Numbered from the stretch's first letter, positions 15,962 to 25,850 are shown. The stretch is 64,000 nt of DNA from Patescibacteria group bacterium (GCA_036726225.1 DAIMCS010000001.1:397856-461855); one strand, 5' to 3'. A program made the numbers and translations. Notes: generated by a model from the sequence alone, not told the origin.

Positions 15962-17476
15962 TTATTTTTTGCGAAAAAACCTCGGCAAAGAAAAATTTTG
16001 CAATTTTAGTTCTTTTATTCTGGCCATTATGCCTTTGTCATGTTCGTTTAAGTAGTGGCGTATTCTGTTTCGGGCATTGTGGGTTTTAGCCGCTTTTAGC
16101 CAGTCGCGGGAAATTACCGCTTCTTTTTTTATCTTAATTATTTCCACCACATCTTCACTTTCCAGTTCGTCAAAAATACTGCCCATTTTGCCGTTAATTT
16201 TTGCGCCCATCATATGGTAGCCCAAATCGCTATGCACGGCAAAAGCAAAATCTATAACCGTGGCGCCGGCCGGCAAGTCTTTAATGTCTCCTTTGGGCGT
16301 AAAGACAAAAATTCGGTCGCGGAAAAAATCTATTTTTAAACTTTCCAAAAATTCGTCCGGGTTACTGGTTTCTTCCTGCCAGGCCTGCAGCTCTTTTATC
16401 CATTTGGCCGAAACCCTGCCGGCTGCTTCCGGTTTGCCTTCTTCGGCGTAAAACCAGTGGGCCGCAACCCCGCGTTCCGCTTCTTCGTGCATTAAATCCG
16501 TGCGGATTTGGATTTCAAAACTTTTGCCGTCGCGGTTAAACACGGTGGTGTGTATGCTTTGGTAGCCGTTGGGTTTGGGCGTGGCAATAAAATCTTTAAT
16601 GCGTCCCGGCACGGGTTGGAAATGTTTGTGAATTACGCCAAGCACCGCGTAACAGTCGGCTGTAGATTTGGTTATTATACGCAGGGCAATAATGTCGTGA
16701 ATTTTTCTAAGGTCGCCGCTGTATTTTTGGTTCTTGCGGAAAAGCGAATACAAGCGTTTAATGCGGCCGGAAATTTCCAAATATTTAATGCCTTCGGTGT
16801 GCAGGGTGTGCGCCAGTAATTTTTCCATTTCTTTTACGCTTTCTTTGCGATTTTCCATTTCCCTTTCCAAAAGCGCCGTTGTTTCCTCGTACTCTTTGGG
16901 GAATACAATTTTAAAAGAAAGATTTTCCAGCTCGTCCTTCCAGTTGCCGATGCCCAAGCGCGCGGCAATGGGCGCGTAAATTTCCAGGGTTTCAGCCGCG
17001 ACTTTTTTTTGTTTTTCCTGGGGGATGAATTCAATAGTGCGCATATTATGTATGCGGTCGGCAAGCTTTATTAAAATAACCCGAATGTCCTGGCTGGTGG
17101 CAATAAACAGTTTGCGCAAATTTTCCACATAAAATTTGTCCTGGCTGTTTTTCATACGCACATGGCCGAGTTGGGTAACGCCGTCAATTAACTTGGCTAT
17201 TTCTTCGCCAAACTCCTTTTGGATATTTTCTAAGGTAACACTGGTATCTTCCGGCACGTCGTGAAGCAAAGTAGCCACCAAGGTGGAGGTGTCGGGGAAA
17301 ATTTGCCCTAAAATGGTAGCCGAGCCTGTGGCATGCGTAAAATAATCCTCACCACTTTTGCGCTTTTGGCCGTGGTGGGCTTTTTTGCCGAATTCGTACC
17401 CTTTTTTTAATAAGGCCTCTTCATCTGGCTTGAATTTATGGGGAATGGAGTTTAAAAAATTTGAAAATTGCTTCAT
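15962..17476 (-). CDS. rsh: bifunctional (p)ppGpp synthetase/hydrolase, RelA/SpoT (Rsh) family, short form (HD + synthetase + TGS, no ACT)
   Basis: HD-domain HGQKRKSGEDYFTHATGSATIL, synthetase-domain core, TGS-like C-terminus. Confidence 0.85.
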   Translation of the reverse strand: MKQFSNFLNSIPHKFKPDEEALLKKGYEFGKKAHHGQKRKSGEDYFTHATGSATILGQIFPDTSTLVATLLHDVPEDTSVTLENIQKEFGEEIAKLIDGVTQLGHVRMKNSQDKFYVENLRKLFIATSQDIRVILIKLADRIHNMRTIEFIPQEKQKKVAAETLEIYAPIAARLGIGNWKDELENLSFKIVFPKEYEETTALLEREMENRKESVKEMEKLLAHTLHTEGIKYLEISGRIKRLYSLFRKNQKYSGDLRKIHDIIALRIITKSTADCYAVLGVIHKHFQPVPGRIKDFIATPKPNGYQSIHTTVFNRDGKSFEIQIRTDLMHEEAERGVAAHWFYAEEGKPEAAGRVSAKWIKELQAWQEETSNPDEFLESLKIDFFRDRIFVFTPKGDIKDLPAGATVIDFAFAVHSDLGYHMMGAKINGKMGSIFDELESEDVVEIIKIKKEAVISRDWLKAAKTHNARNRIRHYLNEHDKGIMARIKELKLQNFSLPRFFRKK

Positions 17477-17568
17477 AGTAAATCAATTATATCACGTAAG
17501 ACATTGATGGTATAATTGGAATTGACAAGATTTAAAAGAATTAAAAGATTGAGCAAGCTTAAAATGCA

Positions 17569-17608
17569 TTCTTGTCATTTTTGGTCAATCATGTCAATCT
17601 TGTCAATC
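17569..17608. repeat. inverted copy of the TTGACAAG 40-bp element in the divergent rsh/fpg promoter region (an extra half-site ATTGACAAGAT at 17521-17531)
   Basis: Reverse complement reads ATTGACAAGATTGACATGATTGACCAAAAATGACAAGAAT. Confidence 0.65.
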
Positions 17609-17613
17609 GCTTC

Positions 17614-18540
17614 ATGCCGGAACTTCCAGAAGTACAAACCATAGTTAACGAGTTAAACCGTAAACTAAAAAATAAGACAATAAAAAAAATCACTGTTAAC
17701 GCGCCTAAAATTGTTGCGGTAGGGCATTTAACTTTATCGCCAAAGCGGATAGCTTCGAACAGTGTAGTCGAAAAGTTTAAAAAATTATTGGCTGGGCAAA
17801 AGTTTTTGTCAGTTAAAAGGCGCGCAAAGCTGCTTATCTTCGATTTGTCCGGCCCGCTTTCCATTCTAGTTCATTTAAAAATGACAGGCCAATTTATTTT
17901 TGAGGATAAAGCACTGAGAAAAAAAACTGGTGGAAAATACAGGCTGCTCAATAAATTAATGGCAACAAAAGAACAACTGCCATCCAAGCATACGCATGTA
18001 ATTTTTGAACTATCCGACAAATCGACTTTGTATTTCAACGACGTGCGCAAGTTTGGGTATTTAAAAGTTGTCCACGATAATGAGATTAATCAGGTAAAAG
18101 AACTACAAGCTTATGGCCCGGAACCGCTGGATAAAAAATTTACCTATAACATATTCTCATCAGCGGTTTTAAAAAGACTTAAAGGCAAGATAAAACAAGT
18201 TTTAATGGATTCCAAAGTGGTTGCCGGCATTGGTAATATTTATAGTGATGAAATTTTATTTCACGCAAAAGTAAAGCCGACTCGAAAAGTGTTATCGCTT
18301 TCTCAAAAAGAATTATTGGCAATTTATAAAAATATTAAGCCGGTCCTAATTAAAGGCATAAAAGCCAAAGGGTCATCGGTAGGGGATTTTGTAAGAACTG
18401 ACGGCAGTTGGGGACAAATGGGCAAGTATCACTTTGTTTACGGCCGCAAGGGACAGGAGTGTAAACGCTGCGGAACTATTATCGAAGCTATAAAACTAAA
18501 CGGCCGTACCGGTTCGTTTTGTCCCAAATGCCAAAAGTAA
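17614..18540 (+). CDS. mutM: formamidopyrimidine-DNA glycosylase (Fpg/MutM)
   Basis: N-terminal MPELPEVQT, C-terminal zinc finger CKRCG…CPKCQK. Confidence 0.85.
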   Translation: MPELPEVQTIVNELNRKLKNKTIKKITVNAPKIVAVGHLTLSPKRIASNSVVEKFKKLLAGQKFLSVKRRAKLLIFDLSGPLSILVHLKMTGQFIFEDKALRKKTGGKYRLLNKLMATKEQLPSKHTHVIFELSDKSTLYFNDVRKFGYLKVVHDNEINQVKELQAYGPEPLDKKFTYNIFSSAVLKRLKGKIKQVLMDSKVVAGIGNIYSDEILFHAKVKPTRKVLSLSQKELLAIYKNIKPVLIKGIKAKGSSVGDFVRTDGSWGQMGKYHFVYGRKGQECKRCGTIIEAIKLNGRTGSFCPKCQK

Positions 18541-18564
18541 AAGGCGGCTTTTTTGTAAGCCGCC

Positions 18565-18903
18565 TCAGTTAATTTTTCGAAGATGTTGTTGTAAGACCTT
18601 CCATTGTCTTTTTGAAAACAAGGTTTTAGGCGGGATATCTGACCACAATTCGTATAGTTGCACAAGAAAATCCTTTAAATGTCGGTAAGTCTTTGGCCGT
18701 GTGCTGTCTCTTAGGACTATGTTAGCCTCAACAAATCTTCCTATCCACTCGCCGTTTTTTTGCTTTTCCAAACTTATTGTCATCGGCTGAATTACGCGGT
18801 ATCCATCTTGAAAGGGACCTCGGCTTATAATTAATTTCATTTTCCCCTCTTTCCTGCGTATGGTAGAATGAGTATAGGCGAATAATTGAAAAACTTCAAT
18901 CAT
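18565..18903 (-). CDS. hypothetical protein
   Basis: ORF only. Confidence 0.35.
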   Translation of the reverse strand: MIEVFQLFAYTHSTIRRKEGKMKLIISRGPFQDGYRVIQPMTISLEKQKNGEWIGRFVEANIVLRDSTRPKTYRHLKDFLVQLYELWSDIPPKTLFSKRQWKVLQQHLRKIN

Positions 18904-19138
18904 GAAAAAGGTTATTATTTTATTGGTGATAACAATGTTAGCAGTTTTCTTTTCTTGGTTTTGGAACAGTGAGTTTGCTTTTAAGCATAATTTCAGGTCG
19001 CCGCGTGATTATCATGAATGCTTACTTGCAGGAGGAAAGAAAGCAGAAGTAACCTTAGAAAACAATCTTCATACGCCTACTTGTTATTTGAAGGATCAAG
19101 AATTTCGTTTAGACTTTTTAATAATTGAAAATCATTAA
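18902..19138 (+). CDS. small secreted/membrane hypothetical protein
   Basis: ORF with N-terminal hydrophobic segment. Confidence 0.3.
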   Translation: MKKVIILLVITMLAVFFSWFWNSEFAFKHNFRSPRDYHECLLAGGKKAEVTLENNLHTPTCYLKDQEFRLDFLIIENH

Positions 19139-19146
19139 TAAAATTT

Positions 19147-19368
19147 ATGGAAAACGATACAAATCAAATACCAGTGCCCCCAATGACCCAGGAAGAAATA
19201 TTGCTTGAGGTTTTGGAAAACAGCCGCAAAACTAAAACTTATATGAAATGGCAGCTTTACATCACAATCGTACTTGTGGTGTTACCTCTTTTAGCTGCAG
19301 TATTTTTAGTGCCAATGGCTATAAGCGGGCTTAGCAGCGCTTACAGCACCGCGGGGCTATTGCAGTAG
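19147..19368 (+). CDS. small membrane hypothetical protein
   Basis: ORF with one TM helix. Confidence 0.35.
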   Translation: MENDTNQIPVPPMTQEEILLEVLENSRKTKTYMKWQLYITIVLVVLPLLAAVFLVPMAISGLSSAYSTAGLLQ

Positions 19369-19430
19369 ACAGCATCAACCCCTCCCTAGCCCTCCCCAAA
19401 TCTTGGGGAGGGAAATTATAAAGAAAAACT

Positions 19431-19778
19431 ATGCAAGATGACCGCTGGCAACAATTAGTCGAAATGGCGCAAAAACATTTTAAAGGTGTAAAACTTTACA
19501 CGGAAGATTTAATAATGGACACGCAGGACGGACCAATTAAGCAGGGGGTTTGTGAAGTTGTGGAATTTGACCATCAAGACGGTAAAAGGTACAAGTTAGT
19601 CCGAGAAAACAGGCCGGTAGTTTTGGAAAAAAAGGAGTTGTATTCGCACAGGGCAGGACAGTCAGCCCAAACGCAGTATAAATTTTCAGATTCAGAATTT
19701 TCTCATAAGTTAAAAGTCTACAAGGAAGTAGATTTCGACGAGTGGGAAGCAATAACTTTGGATAGGTTGGGACTATAG
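19431..19778 (+). CDS. hypothetical protein
   Basis: ORF only. Confidence 0.4.
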   Translation: MQDDRWQQLVEMAQKHFKGVKLYTEDLIMDTQDGPIKQGVCEVVEFDHQDGKRYKLVRENRPVVLEKKELYSHRAGQSAQTQYKFSDSEFSHKLKVYKEVDFDEWEAITLDRLGL

Positions 19779-19869
19779 ATTTCTGTCATTGCGAGTGCAT
19801 CTGAAGCAATCTTTTAATTGACGATAAGAGATTGCCACGTCGGCCGGATAAAGCCCCGGCCTCCTCGCA

Positions 19870-20799
19870 ATGACACAGCAGCTTATGTTAAAAGAAAGAA
19901 TTTTATCTACGCTTAAATTTTTTGACCTGCAGGATTACCCGCTTACGCTTTTAGAATTGCATAAATATTTAATAGCTGACGTTGAATTTTTAAAACAGAA
20001 AATAGACACCCAGGGGGAGATTATTACCAGAGACTACACTCAAGAACCTGAAGTTTCAATTTTTGAAGTTTTAAAGTGCTTAGATGTTAAATGTGCCAAA
20101 GAGGTGCAAAATACACTTGGTTTTTATCATCTTGCGGGGCGGGGGGCTATTGCCCAGACAAGGCTTACTAATTATTTTTTTGGCATAAAGCGGGAAAAGT
20201 TAATAAAAAAATATGTGGGCGGACTTAGGCGGCTGCCTTTTATTCGTGGGGTTGCTTTAGGCGGCAGCCAGGCTATGGGATTGAGCAAAAGAGGCTCTGA
20301 TATAGATTTGCTTATAATTACTGACTCAAGGTTTTTGTGGCTGGGACGGACGATTGCCACTTTATACTTCCAAGTTTTAGGCAAAAGGCGGTATGGGGAA
20401 AAAATTGCCGACCGTTTTTGCCTCAACCATTATTTAGCCGGGCCCAAGGCTTTGGGCAATATAAAAAATTTATATTCCGCAATGGAGTATGCCCGTTTGC
20501 GTCCTTTAGTCGGGCAGGGTGTTGTTGCCAATTTTCAAAAAAATAATCTGGGCTGGATACGGCAATTTTTTCCTCAGTGGCGGTCTGTTCCGGCTTTACT
20601 GGAAAATTTTTTAGCTGTTCAAAAATTTTTAGAAAAGATACTTTCCGGACGCTTTGGCCTTTGGCTTGAAAGCAAATTAAAATCCTGGCAGCTACCCAGG
20701 ATTAAAAAAGGTAAGTTTATTATTGTGGAAGAAGACGAGCTGTCCTTCCACCCGGACAGCAAACAGCAGTTGCTTTTACAAAAGTTTTTTTACGAATAA
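19870..20799 (+). CDS. nucleotidyltransferase-fold protein (Pol-beta superfamily) of unknown specificity
   Basis: GGSQAMGLSKRGSDIDLLIITD matches the GS…[DE]h[DE]h NTase motif. Confidence 0.5.
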   Translation: MTQQLMLKERILSTLKFFDLQDYPLTLLELHKYLIADVEFLKQKIDTQGEIITRDYTQEPEVSIFEVLKCLDVKCAKEVQNTLGFYHLAGRGAIAQTRLTNYFFGIKREKLIKKYVGGLRRLPFIRGVALGGSQAMGLSKRGSDIDLLIITDSRFLWLGRTIATLYFQVLGKRRYGEKIADRFCLNHYLAGPKALGNIKNLYSAMEYARLRPLVGQGVVANFQKNNLGWIRQFFPQWRSVPALLENFLAVQKFLEKILSGRFGLWLESKLKSWQLPRIKKGKFIIVEEDELSFHPDSKQQLLLQKFFYE

Positions 20800-20974
20800 A
20801 AGTGTTTCAGGATTTACGCATTGAGCCGAATGCGAGGCATTTTGCGAGGATTTTTGGAGCTGTAGTCTACTACAACGATAAAAACCGCAGCAAAATAACG
20901 AAGCAGTCGGCCAAAGCCGTTTTCAGGGATCCGGCTTTGCCGGTCCAAAAAAACGGCGATGCGTAAATCCTGTT

Positions 20975-21745
20975 TTATTTCTTTTCAAATTCCAAAAGCA
21001 GGAGCAGCGGATAGCGGTAAAGCTGGTAGTTTAAGTCAAACTCCGGGCTGTCGGTTGGGGATTTAATTTCTACCGTGGCTTTAAGCATCAGGTCAGCTTT
21101 TGAGGCCTTAGTCGCGTAGTCTGCCAGTACATAGTAGTGTGACTTAATTTTGGTGTCCCCAAATTCTCTTTCAATCTCTATGCCCGGCGTGGGCGGAGAT
21201 TGAATTTTTAATTTTGGCTTCCTGCCTAAAAGTCCGTCCCACCAACTTTTTTTCCAAACAGCTGCCGGGTAAGTCAGTCCCGGGTTTGGAATAGTCATAA
21301 TTAGTTTACCTTTAGGTTTAAGCAGGTTGGAGAGATTCATAAAAGTATGGGTTAAGTGGTTTAAGTCCGGCCCGACCATATTTAAAATTACAAAGTCAAA
21401 GGAGTGTTTTTGGTAAGGCAAAACCTGGTCCATTTCCGCCAGCTTAAAATCTATATTTGGATATCTTATTTTTGCAAAATCTATAAAATAGTCGGAGTTG
21501 TCGCAACCCTCCACTTTGTCATATTCCAGTTTTAGTTTGTTGGTCAGCCAGCCCGGACCGCAGCCCGCATCTAAAATGGCAATTCCTCCGGGCCCCGGCA
21601 AGCGCGAGCGAATTGCCTTAAATAAGACCTCCTGTTGGATTTGTCCGTTGGGAGAGTTTAGAAATTCCAGGTAACTTTGGGCGGTTTGGGTATCTTGATA
21701 TGTGGCCATAACACTGCTATTATAACACGGCAATAATTTTGGCAA
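20975..21745 (-). CDS. class I SAM-dependent methyltransferase
   Basis: Motif I ILDAGCGPGWLT and downstream acidic beta-2 residue. Confidence 0.7.
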   Translation of the reverse strand: MPKLLPCYNSSVMATYQDTQTAQSYLEFLNSPNGQIQQEVLFKAIRSRLPGPGGIAILDAGCGPGWLTNKLKLEYDKVEGCDNSDYFIDFAKIRYPNIDFKLAEMDQVLPYQKHSFDFVILNMVGPDLNHLTHTFMNLSNLLKPKGKLIMTIPNPGLTYPAAVWKKSWWDGLLGRKPKLKIQSPPTPGIEIEREFGDTKIKSHYYVLADYATKASKADLMLKATVEIKSPTDSPEFDLNYQLYRYPLLLLLEFEKK

Positions 21746-21858
21746 GGGACTGTTATCAGTCTCTTGACACGAGTGATAAAAATAGTTTATTATCCATATA
21801 CATTAAAGAAAATTAAGCAACCCCGACGCTGTGGTCGGGACATTGAAGGAAACAAGAT

Positions 21859-22164
21859 ATGAAAGTAAAACCTTTAGGTAACCGCGTTCTGGTAAAACAG
21901 CTTTCCAGTGAGGAAGTAACCAAGAGCGGAATTGTTTTGCCGGACACGGCGGACAAAGAAAAAAAAGCCCAAGGCAAAATTGTTGAACTTGGCAACGGCA
22001 GTGAAATTGCCAGCTTAGGTTTAAAAGTAGGCGACACTGTGGTTTTTGGAAAATACGCCGGTGAGGAAGTGGAAATTGACGAAGACGGCAAAAAGAACGA
22101 GTACAAAATTTTATACGTCGGTAAGGAAAAAGACGACAGCGATATTTTAGCATTAATTGAATAA
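21859..22164 (+). CDS. groES: co-chaperonin GroES
   Basis: MKVKPLGNRVLVK…GIVLPDTA…. Confidence 0.9.
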   Translation: MKVKPLGNRVLVKQLSSEEVTKSGIVLPDTADKEKKAQGKIVELGNGSEIASLGLKVGDTVVFGKYAGEEVEIDEDGKKNEYKILYVGKEKDDSDILALIE

Positions 22165-22246
22165 ATATTGTCTACTAAATACGAAAGAATCTAAATACTA
22201 AATGGGACAGGGTTTTCGTATTCAGTAGAGGTTATAAAGGAATTTT

Positions 22247-23917
22247 ATGAGCAAACTTATTAAATATGGCTTTGAAGCCAAACAAGCTATAAAAGCCGGT
22301 GTGGACAAGGCTGCGAATGCAGTACGTGTTACGCTTGGCCCAACGGGCAAAGCAGTAATTTTAGACAAAGGCTATGGCAGCCCGATTGTAACTGACGACG
22401 GTGTTACCGTTGCCAAAGAAATTGAACTTGAAGACAAATTTGAAAACGTTGGCGCATCACTTATTCAGGAGGTTGCCAACAAAACCAACGAAGCAGCCGG
22501 CGACGGTACCACTACCGCAACCGTATTGGCCCAAAAAATGATTGAAGAATCTTTTGAAGCCGCAGCTTTGGCCTCCACCCAGGCTAACGAAATTAAAAAG
22601 GGTATGGACAATGCCGTAAAGTTCGTAGTGGGTGAATTAAATAAATTTAAAAAAGAAGTTAAGAAAAAGGAAGAAATTGAACAAGTCGCAACCATTGCTT
22701 CTTTAGACTCCGAAGTCGGTAAGCTTATTTCGGAAGCTATGGAAGAAGTTGGACACGACGGCGTTATTACCGTTGAAGAAGGCCAGACCATTGGCATAGA
22801 AAAGGAAGTAGTTAAGGGTATGCGTTTTGACAAAGGTTTTGTAAACCCTTATATGGTAACCAACCCGGAGAAAATGGAAGCTGTTTGGGAAGACCCGTAC
22901 ATTTTAATTACTGACGAAAAAGTTTCCAGTGTCCAGGAAATTCTGCCGGTTTTGGAAAAAGTTGCCCAAAGCGGCAAGAAAGATCTGGTAATAATTGCCG
23001 ACGAAATTGAAGGCGAAGCTTTGACCACTTTTGTGCTCAACAAGCTCAAAGGCACATTTAATGTGCTTGCAGTTAAAGCCCCGGGTTTTGGCGACAGGCG
23101 CAAAGAAATGCTCCAGGACATTGCGGTTTTAACCGGCGGCAATGTAATTACTAAAGATATGGGGCTTAAATTAGATAAAGCTGAAATTATAGATTTAGGC
23201 CGTGCCAGAAAAGTTATTGCCACCAAAGAAAACACTACTATAGTAGACGGCGCAGGTGACAAAACCAAGATCGACGCCCGCGTAAGCCAAATTAAAGCCG
23301 AGCACAAAGAATCCACCTCGGATTTTGACAAAGAAAAATTACAGGAACGAATGGCCCGTTTGGCCGGCGGCGTTGGTGTAATTAAAGTTGGCGCTTTTAC
23401 AGAAACTGAAATGAAAGCCAAAAAGTTTAAAATTGAAGACGCGCTTAACGCTACCCGCGCAGCGGTTGAAGAAGGTATTGTTGCCGGCGGTGGCGCGGCT
23501 TTAGTAAAAATAGTCCCGAGCTTAGAAAAAGAAATGGATAAGGTTAAAGGCGCTCACCGAATGGGTTATAAAATTATCCGCGCCGCGCTCGAGGCTCCGT
23601 TGCGGCAAATTGCGCACAACAGCGGCGTTGAGCCAACAGGAATTATTACTTTCATTCAGAGCAAAGGCACTCATGCAGGTTATGACTTTACTAAATATGA
23701 CGGAGCCGATTGGCAGACCGGAGTTGTAGAAGATATGATGCAGGTGGGTATTGTAGACCCGCTTAAAGTTACCAGGCTGGCGTTAGAGAACGCAGTTTCA
23801 ATTGCTTCTACATTGGTGACCACAGAAGCAATAGTAGTAGACAAGCCTGAACCAAAATCTGATGCTCCTGCCGGCGGTATGCCCGGTGGTATGGGCGGTA
23901 TGGGGGGAATGTACTAA
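22247..23917 (+). CDS. groEL: chaperonin GroEL
   Basis: AGDGTTTATVLA, VAGGGAAL, C-terminal GGMGGMGGMY. Confidence 0.95.
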   Translation: MSKLIKYGFEAKQAIKAGVDKAANAVRVTLGPTGKAVILDKGYGSPIVTDDGVTVAKEIELEDKFENVGASLIQEVANKTNEAAGDGTTTATVLAQKMIEESFEAAALASTQANEIKKGMDNAVKFVVGELNKFKKEVKKKEEIEQVATIASLDSEVGKLISEAMEEVGHDGVITVEEGQTIGIEKEVVKGMRFDKGFVNPYMVTNPEKMEAVWEDPYILITDEKVSSVQEILPVLEKVAQSGKKDLVIIADEIEGEALTTFVLNKLKGTFNVLAVKAPGFGDRRKEMLQDIAVLTGGNVITKDMGLKLDKAEIIDLGRARKVIATKENTTIVDGAGDKTKIDARVSQIKAEHKESTSDFDKEKLQERMARLAGGVGVIKVGAFTETEMKAKKFKIEDALNATRAAVEEGIVAGGGAALVKIVPSLEKEMDKVKGAHRMGYKIIRAALEAPLRQIAHNSGVEPTGIITFIQSKGTHAGYDFTKYDGADWQTGVVEDMMQVGIVDPLKVTRLALENAVSIASTLVTTEAIVVDKPEPKSDAPAGGMPGGMGGMGGMY

Positions 23918-23967
23918 AAGTTCGCTGATTGCACGCGGATAGTTACGCTGATTAGACGCTGAAATTA

Positions 23968-23998
23968 AAAGCCTCGTAAAGACGGGGCTTTTTTTATT
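23968..23998 (+). terminator. terminator after groEL
   Basis: AAAAGCCTCGTAAAGACGGGGCTTTTTTT. Confidence 0.6.
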
Positions 23999-24036
23999 TT
24001 TTAAAAAGTACTATGATACACAAAGTTTAAAGGGGG

Positions 24037-24534
24037 GTGAAAATGGAAAATCGGTTCAATTGGAATCCGCTAGTGAGTTTTACGGGCTTTGCGGCTTTGT
24101 TTGGGGGATTGGGCTGGCATTTTGACAACCAATACGCTCTTGTCAGCTACTGGCCGGTTCTGTCATTAGTCTTGTGGGTAATTGGAATGCGCGCGGCATT
24201 TAAAGTACGGCTCCTGCGGGGTGAGGTACCGATAATTGCCGTATGCTCAGCGTTCTTTGTTCTTGCCCTATGGAGGGATCCGGAAGCTACTCCCAAGCTG
24301 TCCGAAGGATTGCTGCTAACGGTAACTTGCGCCGGCATTTTTTTGCCGGTAATCTTTTATGCTTCATCTCGAAAAAGGGTCGAAGTGGGGCACCTTAAAG
24401 ACCCCAGAATGGTCTACGACCCCAACCGCGGCCAGATGACTTTTGACCAATGGGAACGAGAGAAGCTCAAAAAGATAAAAGATAAAAGAAAAAAGAGGAA
24501 GGAGGTTCGTATTCGCAGACGCGGGTTTTGCTAA
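24037..24534 (+). CDS. membrane protein with basic C-terminal tail, unknown
   Basis: ORF, GGGGTGAAA RBS, four hydrophobic helices. Confidence 0.45.
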   Translation: MKMENRFNWNPLVSFTGFAALFGGLGWHFDNQYALVSYWPVLSLVLWVIGMRAAFKVRLLRGEVPIIAVCSAFFVLALWRDPEATPKLSEGLLLTVTCAGIFLPVIFYASSRKRVEVGHLKDPRMVYDPNRGQMTFDQWEREKLKKIKDKRKKRKEVRIRRRGFC

Positions 24535-24542
24535 TTGTGGAT

Positions 24543-24578
24543 GGGTAACAAGGTGTTTTTTTGCCTTTGTTACCCATC
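24543..24578 (+). terminator. terminator (GGGTAACAAGGTGTTTTTTTGCCTTTGTTACCC)
   Basis: 11-bp stem. Confidence 0.65.
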
Positions 24579-24626
24579 CTTTTTGTTTTATTTAAGCCAA
24601 ATTTTGGTAAAACCTTTACATGGGGC

Positions 24627-24655
24627 TTGACAAAAGGGTAGTTTTGGTGTATACT
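24627..24655 (+). promoter_or_regulatory. consensus sigma70 promoter TTGACA-17-TATACT with no ORF downstream (candidate sRNA promoter)
   Basis: Perfect -35, 17-nt spacer, 5/6 -10. Confidence 0.55.
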
Positions 24656-24889
24656 AGCAAGTTACGATCCAAAAGTCGTAATTCTTTAAAAATCTATTAG
24701 TTTGTATGTTTTTGCAGGAGAACATACGGATTTACCCACGCACCAATTTTGGTAAATGGGTTTAGCCCTTACACCAATCTTCGTCAGATGTTCCAATACA
24801 GTCATGGTTGAGCAATAATTTTAGCGACCGAATATTGTTTTAGATAAGTTTTGATGGGGATTTGTGTAAGGGATATAATTTTAGCTTTC

Positions 24890-24978
24890 GGAAATCTGGC
24901 TTTGCCGGTTTCCGAAAATCCTTAAAGGAAAAAAGGATAGCCTATGAAAGGAAAAAAACCTTGGTTTTTGTCCTTTCA
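24890..24978. repeat. copy B (inverted) of the ~90-bp dispersed repeat; contains GGAAATCTGG-CTTTG-CCGGTTTCC hairpin and GAAAGGAAAAAAACCTTGGTTTTTGTCCTTTC hairpin
   Basis: Reverse complement matches 12208-12295. Confidence 0.7.
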
Positions 24979-25469
24979 TACATTCGATTCATGCTCCTAA
25001 TCTCGTTAACCCGAATTGGGGGCTCTAAAAAGCCGTATACTCCACAAGAATATTTTTACCAAGTTCTATTGTGTTGAGTTTACGGTTTTTTTGTTACTAC
25101 AGAAAGAAAATCCTAAATTGTTATGGCTTAATAGCTACAGATAACTACGGATTGTAAGTTCTGTAGTCATCTGTAGTGAATCTATTCTGTAGTTTTTGTA
25201 GCTACAATCGTGGACCTTAGGAGGGCAAAACTTTATAAGACACTGATGTGTCTTCGGCCTATATCTCTAAGATCCACAATTGTGTAAATAAATAACCATC
25301 CCCGACCTGATCGGGGATCCAGAAATCTGGCTTTTGCTGGATTCCCGCTTTCGCGGGAATGGAAGTATAAAAAGAAGAAATATGGCGGTAAGCTGGTTAT
25401 CCCTGCCTGCCGGCAGGTAGGTAGTTTGTTGCCAAATTTCTTCTTTTTTTATTGTGCTATAATTTATTT

Positions 25470-25736
25470 ATGGGAAAAAATCGCGGAGAAACAATTTTTA
25501 GCAACAATCCGGACAAGCCTATTATGCCACAAGACGTGAAAAAACATCACGCGAATTTGGAAAAGAAAAAATTACTTGCGGGCAGAAAACCAAAGAAATT
25601 TGTAATTCCTCCTGACCAAATGGAGAGCATAGAAGTTGACCATAAAGATATGGTTAAGCATGGCAAAGAGTTGCCGTCCGGCACCCAATCCGAAGTCGAT
25701 CATATTGAGATAAAAAGACACCAAAGCCGAACATAA
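25470..25736 (+). CDS. small basic hypothetical protein, probably leaderless (extended -10 TGCTATAAT 8 nt upstream of the ATG)
   Basis: ORF; TGnTATAAT at 25453-25461. Confidence 0.4.
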   Translation: MGKNRGETIFSNNPDKPIMPQDVKKHHANLEKKKLLAGRKPKKFVIPPDQMESIEVDHKDMVKHGKELPSGTQSEVDHIEIKRHQSRT

Positions 25737-25850
25737 GGAGCAGCCTGCGGAAAGCGACAAAGGGCCCGAAGTTGTAATTTTAACTTCGGGCCCTTTATAT
25801 TGACTTGAAACTTTTTCTGTATTATATTTTAGGGCTGACAGGAGGAACTA

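Noticed and set aside
21780-21858. CIRCE heat-shock operator upstream of groES
   Set aside because: No TTAGCACTC-N9-GAGTGCTAA-like inverted repeat is present; only a short CCCGAC…GTCGGG hairpin
22465-23421. Two minus-strand ORFs (122 and 190 aa)
   Set aside because: Antisense to groEL; Ser/Thr/Ala-rich shadow frames of a GC-balanced highly expressed gene
24535-25469. RNase P RNA / tmRNA / SRP RNA in the large intergenic regions (also 27500-28140)
   Set aside because: I could not find the conserved P4 strings (AGGAAAGTCCGGGCTC / ACAGAACCCGGCTTA), a tmRNA 3' end (…CTCCACCA) or the SRP GGTGCTGTTT…AAGCAGCCA motif on either strand; left as unassigned candidate sRNA space
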